Below the pieces are notes generated by a model. It was given only the letters and a program-made list of their open reading frames with translations. It was not told the DNA's origin and made no database searches. From NCBI RefSeq assembly GCF_042660085.1, contig NZ_JBHSTI010000008.1, forward strand, positions 1,599,876 through 1,631,875: a DNA stretch of 32,000 nt. Reading direction: 5' to 3'. This stretch comes from Longivirga aurantiaca. Its GTDB lineage: Bacteria; Actinomycetota; Actinomycetes; S36-B12; CAIYMF01. Position numbers and translations under genes: made by a program. This document shows, one piece after another, positions 18,747-31,382 of this stretch; positions within the stretch are counted from its first letter, which is position 1, and every line of letters starts with the position of its first letter.

Positions 18747-19432
18747 TCAGGCCCGGGAGGACCAGACGTGCGACCACTCGCCGAGGAGCGCGGGGGTCAC
18801 CTGCTCGAGCGACTCGACCACGTGCAGGCCGTCGGTGCCCTCGATCGGCACCAGCGACGGGACCGCCACGACGAGCGCGCCGCTGGCGATGCCCGCGGCC
18901 ACACCGGTGTGCGAGTCCTCGAGCACCACGCAGCGGGACGGCTCGACGCCCATCCGTTCCGCGGCGAGGAGGTACGGGTCGGGGAACGGCTTGGTGCGCT
19001 CGCCCTCGTCACCCGCGACCGAGGTGGCGAACATCTCGTGCCCGACCTCGTGCAGCACCGAGTCGTGGACGGCCTCGACGAGGCGGCGCCAGGACGCCGA
19101 CACCAGCGCGCACGGCACGCCGGCGTCCTCGAGGGCGAGCAGGAGCTCCCGCGCCCCGGGGCACCACTCGACGGGCCGGGTGCGCAGATTGCGCTCCATC
19201 GTGTCGAGCAGCAGCGCCATCATCGCCCCGTGCGTGAGGGCGCCCTCGGTGTGCCGCACCATGTAGTCGACCGCCGCCTCGAGCGGGCCGCCGACGAGCT
19301 CGGCCTGGTGCTCGGGGCCCCAGTCGACGTCGAGCGCGGACATGATCTCCGCCTCGGCGTCGTACCAGAGCTCCTCGGTCATCACGAGCGTGCCGTCCAT
19401 GTCGAACATGACCGCGTCGGGCAGGTGGCTGC

Positions 19433-19436
<4 letters not shown>
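18747..19436 (-). CDS. HAD superfamily hydrolase (phosphoglycolate/beta-phosphoglucomutase-like)
   Basis: MSSHLPDAVMFDMDGTLVMTEELWYDAE... (DxDGT), LVSAS, KPFPDPYLLAAERMGVEPSRCVVLEDSHTGVAAG. Confidence 0.94.
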
Positions 19437-22957
<3,521 letters not shown>

Positions 22958-23040
22958 GGTGAGGCAAGCCTATCGGCGTCGCGGGTGGGCCACTCGGCGG
23001 CTACTCGCGTGCCGAGGGCGCGGCGGCGGCGCCGCGGGCG

Positions 23041-23046
23041 TAGGTT
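23041..23046 (+). promoter_or_regulatory. -10-like element (TAGGTT) upstream of the PAC2-family gene
   Basis: TAGGTT in the divergent metH/PAC2 spacer, followed by AAGGAG at 23081. Confidence 0.35.
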
Positions 23047-23098
23047 GGCGGGATCCCCGGAGGACGGGGCCGTGCGATGCAAGGAGCGAGGGGCGCCG

Positions 23099-23962
23099 GT
23101 GATCGACTTCGAGGGTCTGCCCGAGGCGCTGCCCGATCTCGTCGACCCCGTCATGCTCTGCGCCTTCGAGGGCTGGAACGACGCCGGCGACGCCGCGAGC
23201 GGGGCCGTGCTCCACCTCGAGGAGGTCTGGGGCGCCACCCAGATCGCCGAGATCGACCCCGAGGACTACTACGACTTCCAGGTGAACCGCCCCGAGGTCG
23301 TCTTCGAGGAGGGCAAGCGCCAGGTCGTCTGGCCCACCACGCGCATCTCCGTGGCCCGCATCCCGCTCGCGACCCGCGACGTCGTGCTCGTGCACGGCAT
23401 CGAGCCGTCGATGCGCTGGCGTGCCTTCACCGCCGAGCTGCTCGGCGCCGCCCGCGACCTCGGCGTCGAGATGGTGGTGACGCTCGGCGCGCTCCTGGCC
23501 GACTCCCCCCACACCCGCCCCGTCCCGGTGAGCGGCACCTCGAGCGACCCGGACATCGCGCTGCGGATGGGCTACGAGCCGTCGTCGTACGAGGGGCCCA
23601 CCGGCATCGTCGGCGTACTGCAGGACGCCTGCACCACCGCGGGCATCCCGGCCGTGTCGCTCTGGGCCGCCGTCCCCCACTACGTCGCGCAGCCGCCCCA
23701 CCCGAAGGCCACGCTGGCGCTGCTCGGACGCATCGAGGACCTCCTCGACGTCCCCGTGCCGCTCGGCGACCTCCCCGAGGAGGCCAAGGCCTGGCAGATC
23801 GGCGTCGACGAGCTCGCGAGCGAGGACGACGAGATCGCGGCGTACGTGCGCACGCTCGAGGAGGCCGTCGACACCGCCGAGCTCCCCGAGGCCAGCGGCG
23901 ACGCCATCGCGCGCGAGTTCGAGCGCTACCTCCGTCGTCGCAACGTCGAGCCCCCGAAGTAG
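23099..23962 (+). CDS. PAC2 family protein (proteasome assembly chaperone 2-like fold)
   Basis: From GTG at 23099: VIDFEGLPEALPDLVDPVMLCAFEGWNDAGDAASGAVLHLEEVWGA...YYDFQVNRPEV...LVHGIEPSMRWRAF...LGALLADSPHTRPV. Confidence 0.9.
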   Translation: MIDFEGLPEALPDLVDPVMLCAFEGWNDAGDAASGAVLHLEEVWGATQIAEIDPEDYYDFQVNRPEVVFEEGKRQVVWPTTRISVARIPLATRDVVLVHGIEPSMRWRAFTAELLGAARDLGVEMVVTLGALLADSPHTRPVPVSGTSSDPDIALRMGYEPSSYEGPTGIVGVLQDACTTAGIPAVSLWAAVPHYVAQPPHPKATLALLGRIEDLLDVPVPLGDLPEEAKAWQIGVDELASEDDEIAAYVRTLEEAVDTAELPEASGDAIAREFERYLRRRNVEPPK

Positions 23963-23963
23963 C

Positions 23964-24017
23964 CCGATTCGGTAGTGGGAAGTCGCGCTCCACCGCGACT
24001 TCCCACTACCGAATCGG
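23964..24017. terminator. Perfect 24-bp inverted repeat, probable bidirectional terminator
   Basis: CCGATTCGGTAGTGGGAAGTCGCG (23964-23987), loop CTCCAC, CGCGACTTCCCACTACCGAATCGG (23994-24017); sits between the convergent stops of the PAC2 gene (23962) and pgi (24020). Confidence 0.85.
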
Positions 24018-24019
24018 CG

Positions 24020-25678
24020 TCACCGGCCGCGGAGGCTGCGGTAGCGCAGGGCGAGCGCAGCAGTGCTCGGGTCGAAGTGCGACAAGTCGGGCAGCTCGTC
24101 GGCGGTGAGCGCGGGCAGCAGCTGCCCGGCCATGACCTTGCCGAGCTCGACGCCCCACTGGTCGAACGGGTTCACGCCCCAGACCACGCCCTGCGCGAGA
24201 ACGAGGTGCTCGTACAGCGCGACGAGCGAGCCGAGGGCGTACGGCGAGAGCCGGTCGAGCATCAGCGTGGTCGACGGGCGGTTGCCCGGCATGACCTTGT
24301 GCTCGACGAGGTCGTCGGCGACGCCGTCCGCGCGCACCTCGTCGGCCGTGCGGCCGAAGGCGAGCACGTGTGCCTGCGCGAGGACGTTCGAGATCAGCTT
24401 GTCGTGGTGGTCGCCGACGCCGTTGACGGGCTGGGCGAACAGGATGAAGTCGCTCGGCACGAGCGTCGTGCCCTGGTGCAGCAGCTGGTAGAACGAGTGC
24501 TGCCCGTTGGTGCCGGGCTCGCCCCACCAGATCGCACCGGTGTCGACGCCCACGGGGTCGCCGTCGATCGTCACGCGCTTGCCGTTGCTCTCCATCGTGA
24601 GCTGCTGCAGGTACGCCGGGAACCGCTCGAGGTACTGCTCGTACGGCAGCACGGCGTGCGTCTGCGCACCGAAGAAGTCGCGGTACCAGACGCCGAGCAG
24701 CCCCATGAGCACGGGCAGGTTGCGGTCGAGGTCCGTGTGCCGGAAGTGCTCGTCCACGGCGTGGAATCCCGCGAGCAGGTCGCGGTACGCGTCCGCACCG
24801 ATGGCGAGCATCAGCGAGAGCCCGATGGCGGAGTCCATCGAGTAGCGGCCGCCGACCCACTCCCAGAAGCCGAACATGTTGGCGGTGTCGATCCCGAACT
24901 TCTCGACCTCGCCGGCGTTGGTCGAGACGGCCACGAAGTGCTTGGAGACGTCGGCGTCCGGGCCGAGGCCCGAGAGCAGCCAGCCGCGCGCGGTGAACGC
25001 GTTGGTCATGGTCTCCTGCGTCGTGAATGTCTTGCTCGACACGATGAACAGGGTCTCGGCGGGGTCGAGGTCCTGGGTGGCCTCGACGATGTCGGTGCCG
25101 TCGACGTTGGACACGAACCGGAAGTCGATGTCGCGCCTCGACTGGTGCCGGAGCGCGCGGTAGGCCATGACCGGACCGAGGTCCGAGCCGCCGATGCCGA
25201 TGTTGACCACGGCCCGGATCGGCTTACCGGTGCTGCCGAGCCACTCGTCCCCGCGGACGCGGTCGCAGAACGCCTCCATCCGGTCGAGCACCGCGTGCAC
25301 CTCGGCGACGACGTCGACGCCGTCCACGACGAGGCTCTCGCCCCGCGGGATCCGCAGCGCAGTGTGCAGAACCGAGCGGTTCTCGGTGGTGTTGATGCGC
25401 GCGCCGGAGAACATGGCGTCGATGCGGGCCGGCAGGCCCCGCTCCTCGGCGAGAGACACGAGCAGCCGCAGCGTCTCGTCGGTCGCACGGTGCTTGGAGA
25501 GGTCGGCGTGGATCCCGGCGGCGTCGAGGGACATCCGGGTCGGACGTCCGGGCTCGGCCCCGAACAGCTCGCGGATGGTCCGGCCGCCGATCTCCGCGTG
25601 GTGCGCGCTCAGCGCCGCCCACGCCGGTGAGGCCATCACCGGCCCCTGCTCGGTGCGCCACTCCTGCATCGTCTCCAC
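24020..25678 (-). CDS. pgi: Glucose-6-phosphate isomerase
   Basis: 552 aa; [74 protein letters not shown]. Confidence 0.98.
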   Translation of the reverse strand: METMQEWRTEQGPVMASPAWAALSAHHAEIGGRTIRELFGAEPGRPTRMSLDAAGIHADLSKHRATDETLRLLVSLAEERGLPARIDAMFSGARINTTENRSVLHTALRIPRGESLVVDGVDVVAEVHAVLDRMEAFCDRVRGDEWLGSTGKPIRAVVNIGIGGSDLGPVMAYRALRHQSRRDIDFRFVSNVDGTDIVEATQDLDPAETLFIVSSKTFTTQETMTNAFTARGWLLSGLGPDADVSKHFVAVSTNAGEVEKFGIDTANMFGFWEWVGGRYSMDSAIGLSLMLAIGADAYRDLLAGFHAVDEHFRHTDLDRNLPVLMGLLGVWYRDFFGAQTHAVLPYEQYLERFPAYLQQLTMESNGKRVTIDGDPVGVDTGAIWWGEPGTNGQHSFYQLLHQGTTLVPSDFILFAQPVNGVGDHHDKLISNVLAQAHVLAFGRTADEVRADGVADDLVEHKVMPGNRPSTTLMLDRLSPYALGSLVALYEHLVLAQGVVWGVNPFDQWGVELGKVMAGQLLPALTADELPDLSHFDPSTAALALRYRSLRGR

Positions 25679-25780
25679 CCTCCACCACTGCCAAGGCGGC
25701 CGATCGCGGTCCCCTAGGCTCCTTCCACGACCCTACCGAGCGCGGCCATGCGCCCGGACCCCGCACGCACGACGAAGGGC

Positions 25781-26821
25781 ATGACGATGGCCACGGACAC
25801 CCCCCTGCAGATCGGCATGGTCGGGCTCGGCCGCATGGGTGCGGGACTCGTGCGCCGGCTCATGCGCGACGGCCACTCCTGCGTGGTGTACGACGTCAAC
25901 CCCGACGCCGTGGCGGCGCTGGTGGCCGACGGCGCCACCGGCGCCGACTCGTATGCCGACCTCGCGGGCAAGCTCGAGGGCCCGCGGACGGTCTGGATCA
26001 TGGTGCCGGCGGGTGAGATCACCGAGTCGACCGTGACCAGCGTGGCCGAGCACCTGTCCGCAGGCGACGCGATCATCGACGGAGGCAACTCCTACTACCG
26101 CGACGACATCCGGCGTGCGGCAGAGCTCGGCGCGAAGGGGATCCACTACCTCGACGTCGGAACGTCCGGCGGCGTCTACGGCCTCGAGCGCGGCTTCTGC
26201 CTGATGCTCGGCGGTGATGCCGGAGCGGTGACACGCCTCGCCCCGCTCTGGCGCACGATCTCCCCCGGCGTCGAGACCGCCCCGCGCACGCCGGGCCGCA
26301 CGGGCGACATCGCACCCGAGGAGGAGGGCTGGCTGCACTGCGGTCCTGCCGGCGCCGGCCACTTCGTGAAGATGGTGCACAACGGCATCGAGTACGGCGC
26401 CATGGCGGCGTACGCCGAGGGTCTCAACATCCTGGCCAACGCGAACGAGGGCCTGCGCACCCGCGCGCAGGACGCCGAGACCGCGCCGCTCGACCACCCC
26501 GAGTTCTACTCGTACGAGATCGACATCCCGGCGGTCACGGAGGTGTGGCGCCGCGGTTCCGTCGTCGCGTCCTGGCTGCTCGACCTCACCGCCGCCGCCC
26601 TGGTCGAGTCCCCGCAGCTCGAGGAGTTCTCCGGCCGCGTGTCCGACTCGGGCGAGGGCCGCTGGACGGCCATCGCCGCGATCGAGGAGGGCGTGCCCGC
26701 CCCGGTGCTCACGGCCGCGCTCTACCAGCGCTTCTCGAGCCGCGGGAACGCGACGTACGGCGACAAGGTGCTGTCGGCCATGCGCAAGCAGTTCGGCGGC
26801 CACCACGAGAAGAAGGACTGA
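25781..26821 (+). CDS. gnd: 6-phosphogluconate dehydrogenase, decarboxylating, short form
   Basis: IGMVGLGRMGAGLVRRLMRDGHSCVVYDVNPDAV, IIDGGNSYYRDDIRRA, DVGTSGGVYGLERGFCLMLGGD, GPAGAGHFVKMVHNGIEYGAMAAYAEG. Start could be 25748, 25781 or 25787. Confidence 0.93.
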   Translation: MTMATDTPLQIGMVGLGRMGAGLVRRLMRDGHSCVVYDVNPDAVAALVADGATGADSYADLAGKLEGPRTVWIMVPAGEITESTVTSVAEHLSAGDAIIDGGNSYYRDDIRRAAELGAKGIHYLDVGTSGGVYGLERGFCLMLGGDAGAVTRLAPLWRTISPGVETAPRTPGRTGDIAPEEEGWLHCGPAGAGHFVKMVHNGIEYGAMAAYAEGLNILANANEGLRTRAQDAETAPLDHPEFYSYEIDIPAVTEVWRRGSVVASWLLDLTAAALVESPQLEEFSGRVSDSGEGRWTAIAAIEEGVPAPVLTAALYQRFSSRGNATYGDKVLSAMRKQFGGHHEKKD

Positions 26822-26850
26822 CCGGGCGCGAGGAGACCGTCCGCGTCGAG

Positions 26851-28089
26851 TCAGAGGGTGACGCCGAGGAGCGCCTCGGCCAGGTCGCGGACGACCGGAC
26901 CGGCGGTGGCGTCCTCGTGGCCCGCAGCGCCTCCGCGCAGCCGGGCGGCCTCGGCCCAGCGGTCGATCGCCGCGAGCGCGCCGGGGGCGTCGAGGTCGTC
27001 GGCGAGGCAGGCCCGCACCTCCGAGAGCACGTCCCCCGCCGGTGCGGCCTGCGGCGCAGCCACGGCGTCGCGCCAGGCCGCCAGCCGGGCGACGGCCTCG
27101 TCCAGCCCGGCCTCGGTCCAGTCCCAGTCGGTGCGGTAGTGGTGCGCCAGGATGGCGAGCCGGATGGCCGACGGGTCGGTGCCGGCGAGGCGCAGCTTCG
27201 AGACGAACGCGAGGTTGCCCCGCGACTTGCTCATCTTCTCGCCGTCGAGACGCACCATGGCGGAGTGCGTGTAGTGGCGCGCGTAGGGCCAGACGCCCGT
27301 GGCGACATGCGCCTCCGAGGCACCCATCTCGTGGTGCGGGAAGGCGAGGTCGCTGCCGCCGCCCTGCACGTCGAGCGGCGACGCGAGGTGGTCGAGGGCG
27401 ATCGCCGTGCACTCGATGTGCCAGCCCGGGCGCCCTCGGCCGAACGGGCTGTCCCACGACGGCTCGCCCGGGCGCTCGAGCTGCCACAGGAGGCAGTCGA
27501 GCGGGTGCTGCTTGCCCGCGCGGTCGGGGTCGCCCCCGCGCTCGGCGAAGATCTCGAGCATGCGGTCCTCGGACAGCCCGGCGACGGACCCGAACCGCTC
27601 GTCGGCGTGCACGCGGAAGTAGAGGTCGCCGTCGACGGAGTACACGGCACCGGCCGACTGCAGCTTCTCGATGTACGAGATCACGGCGGGGATCGATTCC
27701 ACCGCGCCGATGTAGTGCTTCGGCGGGAGGACGTGCAGAGCGGCCATGTCCTCGCGGAAGAGCTGGGTCTCGCGGTCGGCGAGCACCATCCAGTCGTCGC
27801 CCGTCTCGAGCGCGCGGGCGAGGAGCGGGTCGTCGACGTCGGTCACGTTCTGCACGTAGTCCACGTCGTGCCCTGCGTCGAGCCACACCCGCTGGACGAG
27901 GTCGAACGTGACGTAGGTGGCCGCGTGGCCCATGTGCGTCGCGTCGTACGGCGTGATGCCGCAGACGTAGATCCGGGCGACCGGACCGGGCGCGGTGGCG
28001 CGGACCTCGCCGGTTGCGGTGTCGTGCAGCCGGAGCGCGAGACCCTTCCCCGGCAACGACGGGACTGAGGGTGCGGGCCACGCGTGCAT
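26851..28089 (-). CDS. mshC: Cysteine:1D-myo-inosityl 2-amino-2-deoxy-alpha-D-glucopyranoside ligase (mycothiol biosynthesis)
   Basis: 412 aa CysS-like protein; [76 protein letters not shown]. MshC-type replacements and short length versus CysS. Confidence 0.94.
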   Translation of the reverse strand: MHAWPAPSVPSLPGKGLALRLHDTATGEVRATAPGPVARIYVCGITPYDATHMGHAATYVTFDLVQRVWLDAGHDVDYVQNVTDVDDPLLARALETGDDWMVLADRETQLFREDMAALHVLPPKHYIGAVESIPAVISYIEKLQSAGAVYSVDGDLYFRVHADERFGSVAGLSEDRMLEIFAERGGDPDRAGKQHPLDCLLWQLERPGEPSWDSPFGRGRPGWHIECTAIALDHLASPLDVQGGGSDLAFPHHEMGASEAHVATGVWPYARHYTHSAMVRLDGEKMSKSRGNLAFVSKLRLAGTDPSAIRLAILAHHYRTDWDWTEAGLDEAVARLAAWRDAVAAPQAAPAGDVLSEVRACLADDLDAPGALAAIDRWAEAARLRGGAAGHEDATAGPVVRDLAEALLGVTL

Positions 28090-28096
28090 GGGCGCG

Positions 28097-28102
28097 ATCC
28101 TA
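28097..28102 (-). promoter_or_regulatory. -10-like element of a probable leaderless mshC promoter
   Basis: Minus strand TAGGAT-CGCGCCC-ATG, 7-nt spacer. Confidence 0.45.
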
Positions 28103-28152
28103 TGCCGAACGCCTGGCCGGGAAGCCCTGGAGGTGTCCCGGCGGTCCGGACG

Positions 28153-28980
28153 TCAGAACGCGGGCCAGGGAAGCGACGGCCAGCCGTCGCCGGGGAGCGG
28201 GAACGCGCCCTCCCGGATGCGCCGCATCACCCGTTGCTGGGTGCGTGCCAGCTCCTTGCGCGTGAGCAGCTCCGACAGCTCGCCCCCGAGCTCCCCCTCG
28301 AGCCGGTCGAGCAGGCGGTCGAGGTCGTCGTCGAGCCCGTCGTCGAGCGCGTTCCCCGCCCAGCCCCACAGCACCGTGCGCAGCTTGTCGTCCTCGCTGA
28401 ACGAGACGCCGTGGTCGACGCCGTACGTGCCGAGCGGGGCCTCGGGCTGCACACGGCCCCGGAGCACGTGGCCGCCCTTGCGGTCCGCGTTGTTCACGAC
28501 CGAGTCGAACACGCACATCCGGCGCAGGTCGGCGTCGTCCGCGTGCACGAGGGTCACCGGTCGCCCGCCGTCGCCGTGCGCATCGATCACCTCGAGCCAG
28601 CCGGACGGGGTGGAGCCGCGGTCGACGACGTCGACGAGCCCTCCCCCTGGCTCCATCTCGCCGCCGCCGTCGGGCGTGACCCAGGCCTGCGCCATGCCGC
28701 CGCCGTACGGACCGGTCTCGCGCCAGACGGTCGGCGGCACGACGTCCCACCCCAGGGCCTCGCTGACGAGGTACGCCGCGACCTCGCGCATGCCGAGCGT
28801 GCCCTCGGGGAAGTCCCAGAGCGGGCGCTCGCCGGCCGTGGGCTTGTAGACGCAGGTCAGCTCGACGCCGTCGAGGGCGCAGACCGTGAGGAGGGTGGCG
28901 TTGCTGGCGTCGACGAGCCGTCCCTGCACCGTGAGCTCGCCGTGGGTCAGAACCTCGCGGAGCTCGTCCGTCGTGAGCAT
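28153..28980 (-). CDS. SCO1664 family protein, kinase-like (PI3/PI4-kinase-related core)
   Basis: MLTTDELREVLTHGELTVQGRLVDASNATLLTVCALDGVELTCVYKPTAGERPLWDFPEGTLGMREVAAYLVSEALG...VFDSVVNNADRKGGHVL...YGVDHGVSF. Confidence 0.88.
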   Translation of the reverse strand: MLTTDELREVLTHGELTVQGRLVDASNATLLTVCALDGVELTCVYKPTAGERPLWDFPEGTLGMREVAAYLVSEALGWDVVPPTVWRETGPYGGGMAQAWVTPDGGGEMEPGGGLVDVVDRGSTPSGWLEVIDAHGDGGRPVTLVHADDADLRRMCVFDSVVNNADRKGGHVLRGRVQPEAPLGTYGVDHGVSFSEDDKLRTVLWGWAGNALDDGLDDDLDRLLDRLEGELGGELSELLTRKELARTQQRVMRRIREGAFPLPGDGWPSLPWPAF

Positions 28981-28984
28981 GGCG

Positions 28985-29542
28985 TCAGCGTCGGTAGCCG
29001 TTGGCGCGCGGGCAGATGTGCCCGCCGGGCTCGAGCGGGAGGTTGCAGAACGGGCACGGCGGCCGACCCGCGGCGACGACCGACAGGGCCCGCTTGCAGA
29101 ACGCACGTGCCTGCGCGCCGGACAGGCGCACGCGCAGGACGGCCGGCCCCTCCTCCGGGTCCTCCTCGAGGTCCGGCACGTCGTCCTCGTCCTCGACCAC
29201 CTCGTGCGCCTCGATGATCAGGAGCTCGGTGTCGCCGTTCCAGCCGAGGCCCATGGCCCCGACCCGGAACTCCTCGGTGACCGGCACGTCGAGAGGGTCG
29301 AGGTCGTCGCTGCCGATCGGCGCGGTCGCGGGCACGGAGGCCTCGCCGCCCGTGCGGCGCACCACCTCGTCGAGGAGCGCGTCGACCCGCTCGGCCAGCA
29401 CCTGCACCTGGGTCTTCTCCAGGGCGACCGACACGACCCGGGCGCCGTCCCGCGCCTGCAGGTAGAACTGCCGCTCACCGGGTTGCCCGACGGTGCCGGC
29501 CACGAAGCGGTCCGGCTGGTCGAAGAGGTGTACCTGGCGCAC
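28985..29542 (-). CDS. DUF3090 family protein
   Basis: RQVHLFDQPDRFVAGTVGQPGERQFYLQARDGARVVSVALEKTQVQVLAERVDALLDEV...CPFCNLPLEPGGHICPRANGYRR; GTG start at 29542. Confidence 0.92.
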   Translation of the reverse strand: MRQVHLFDQPDRFVAGTVGQPGERQFYLQARDGARVVSVALEKTQVQVLAERVDALLDEVVRRTGGEASVPATAPIGSDDLDPLDVPVTEEFRVGAMGLGWNGDTELLIIEAHEVVEDEDDVPDLEEDPEEGPAVLRVRLSGAQARAFCKRALSVVAAGRPPCPFCNLPLEPGGHICPRANGYRR

Positions 29543-29548
29543 ATCGCG

Positions 29549-29554
29549 ACCCTA
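29549..29554 (-). promoter_or_regulatory. -10-like element of a probable leaderless promoter for the DUF3090 gene
   Basis: Minus strand TAGGGT-CGCGAT-GTG: 6-nt spacer. Confidence 0.55.
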
Positions 29555-29578
29555 TCCCGGTGCCGCGACGGCTGCCCT

Positions 29579-30304
29579 TCAGTGCGGCGCGGCGCCTGCT
29601 CCCCCACCGACCACGGCGTCCGAGCTGGTGGCGCGACGACGGCGTCCGGGCTTCTGCTTCGGCGGCACCAGACCCGCGACGTCGCCGCCGGTGTCGTTCT
29701 GCCGCAGCACGAACGGTCGGAGATCGGTGTAGCGGATCGCGGTGACCGAGCAGGGATCGATCGTGATGCGCTGGAAGGCGTCGAGGTGCATCCCGAGGGC
29801 GTCGGCGACGATCGCCTTGATGACGTCGCCGTGCGAGACGACGGCGAACGTCACGTCGGGGCCGTGCTCGGCGGAGAGCCGGGCGTTCCAGTCGCGGACC
29901 GCCGCCACCGCACGGGCCGACATGTCCGCGAGGCCCTCGCCCGCATCGCCCGGGAACACCGCGGCGCTGGGGTGGCTCTGCACGACCTTCCAGAGCGGCT
30001 CCTTCACCAGGGTCTTGAGCTCGCGGTTGGTCCAGTCGCCGTAGCGGCACTCCCCGACGCGGTCCTCGACGTGCAGGGCAGGCACCGGGTCCCGCCCGGC
30101 GAGCAGGTGCTCCGCGGTCTCGCGGGTGCGCTCGAGCGGGCTGGTGACCACGGCCGCGAGGGGCACCGGCAGGAGCCGCGCACCGACCGCCTCGGCCTGC
30201 CCGCGCCCCACCTCGTCGAGGTGGATGCCGGGGGTCCAGCCCGCGAGCACGCCGCCCGCGTTCGCCGGGGTCCTGCCGTGCCGCACGAGGATCACCGTCG
30301 CCAT
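29579..30304 (-). CDS. Histidine phosphatase / phosphoglycerate mutase-like protein (MSMEG_4193 family)
   Basis: MATVILVRHGRTPANAGGVLAGWTPGIHLDEVGRGQAEAVGARL (RHG motif) ... VSHGDVIKAIVADALGMHLDAFQRI. Confidence 0.92.
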   Translation of the reverse strand: MATVILVRHGRTPANAGGVLAGWTPGIHLDEVGRGQAEAVGARLLPVPLAAVVTSPLERTRETAEHLLAGRDPVPALHVEDRVGECRYGDWTNRELKTLVKEPLWKVVQSHPSAAVFPGDAGEGLADMSARAVAAVRDWNARLSAEHGPDVTFAVVSHGDVIKAIVADALGMHLDAFQRITIDPCSVTAIRYTDLRPFVLRQNDTGGDVAGLVPPKQKPGRRRRATSSDAVVGGGAGAAPH

Positions 30305-30310
30305 GCGCCG

Positions 30311-30316
30311 ACCCTA
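30311..30316 (-). promoter_or_regulatory. -10-like element of a probable leaderless promoter for the phosphomutase-like gene
   Basis: Minus strand TAGGGT-CGGCGC-ATG: 6-nt spacer. Confidence 0.55.
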
Positions 30317-30352
30317 CGGGGCACGGGGCCGGGAGGCTGTCACGATGGGGGC

Positions 30353-31375
30353 GTGATCCGAGGTGTAGGGCTCTACTGCGACGGCACGGTGCGACCCGAC
30401 GGCGTGGTGCCGATTGAGGTCGGCACGACCTTCGACGACGACGACGCACGCGTTCTCGCGTCGCTCTGGCTCGAGGCCAAGGAGGCCGGCCCGGACAGCT
30501 TCGTGTGGCTCGGCCTGCGCAACGTCGAGCACGCCGAGCTCACCCGTGCCGCAGACGTGCTCGGCCTCGACGAGCTCCTCGTCGAGGACGCGCTGTCGGT
30601 CACCCAGCGCGCCAAGGTCGAGGTCGACGGCGACCGCGTGACGGCTGTGTTCAAGATCCTCGGGTACGTCGAGGAGACCTCCGACGTCGAGACCGGGCAG
30701 ATCGCGGTCTTCGTCGGCCCGTCGTTCGTGCTGTCGGTGCGCATGGGCGAGCCGGGCGACCTGCGCGACATGCGCTCGAGGCTCGAGGGCGACTTCGAGC
30801 TGCTGCAGGCCGGTCCGCTGGCCGTGCTGCACGGCATCCTCGACGTCGTCGTCGACGGCTACATCTCCGTGGCCGAGGAGCTCGGCGTCGACATCGAGCA
30901 GATCGAGGAGCAGGTCTTCTCGCCCGAGCGCACCGACGATGCCGCGACGATCTACAAGCTCAAGCGCGAGAACCTCGAGCTGCGGCGGGCGGTTGAGCCG
31001 CTCACCCCGGTGGCCGACGCGCTCGTCCGGGGGCGCCTCATCCCCATCCCCGAGGTGCTCGGGCCGTACTACCGCGACCTCGGCGACCACCTGCTGCGCG
31101 CGGCCGACCTCTCCACGCAGCACGACAACCTGCTCGGCGCGGCGCTCGAGGCCTCCCGCTCGCGGCAGGCCGTCCAGCAGAACGAGGACATGCGCAAGAT
31201 CTCCGCGTGGGTCGCGATCGCCGCCATCCCGACGGCGATCGCCGCGATCTACGGCATGAACTTCGACGACATGCCCGAGCTGCGCTGGGATCTCGGCTAT
31301 CCCGCCGTGATGATCGTGATCTTCAGCGGGATGTTCGCCCTCTACCGCGCCTTCAAGCGCAGCGGCTGGCTCTGA
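30353..31375 (+). CDS. corA: CorA-family magnesium/divalent cation transporter
   Basis: From GTG at 30353: VIRGVGLYCDGTVRPDGVVPIE...; C-terminal KISAWVAIAAIPTAIAAIYGMNF (GMN motif) and a second TM. The track's ORF start at 28886 is over-extended. Confidence 0.95.
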   Translation: MIRGVGLYCDGTVRPDGVVPIEVGTTFDDDDARVLASLWLEAKEAGPDSFVWLGLRNVEHAELTRAADVLGLDELLVEDALSVTQRAKVEVDGDRVTAVFKILGYVEETSDVETGQIAVFVGPSFVLSVRMGEPGDLRDMRSRLEGDFELLQAGPLAVLHGILDVVVDGYISVAEELGVDIEQIEEQVFSPERTDDAATIYKLKRENLELRRAVEPLTPVADALVRGRLIPIPEVLGPYYRDLGDHLLRAADLSTQHDNLLGAALEASRSRQAVQQNEDMRKISAWVAIAAIPTAIAAIYGMNFDDMPELRWDLGYPAVMIVIFSGMFALYRAFKRSGWL

Positions 31376-31382
31376 CCGCATC

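Noticed and set aside
22958-23098. Possible cobalamin or SAM riboswitch upstream of metH
   Set aside because: The metH/PAC2 spacer is only about 140 nt and a -10-like TAGGCT lies 9 nt from the metH start, leaving no room for a metH leader. No riboswitch-like conserved boxes seen.
28886-31375. 829-aa plus-strand ORF ending in CorA
   Set aside because: CorA starts at about 30353; the upstream part is antisense to DUF3090 and the phosphomutase-like gene.
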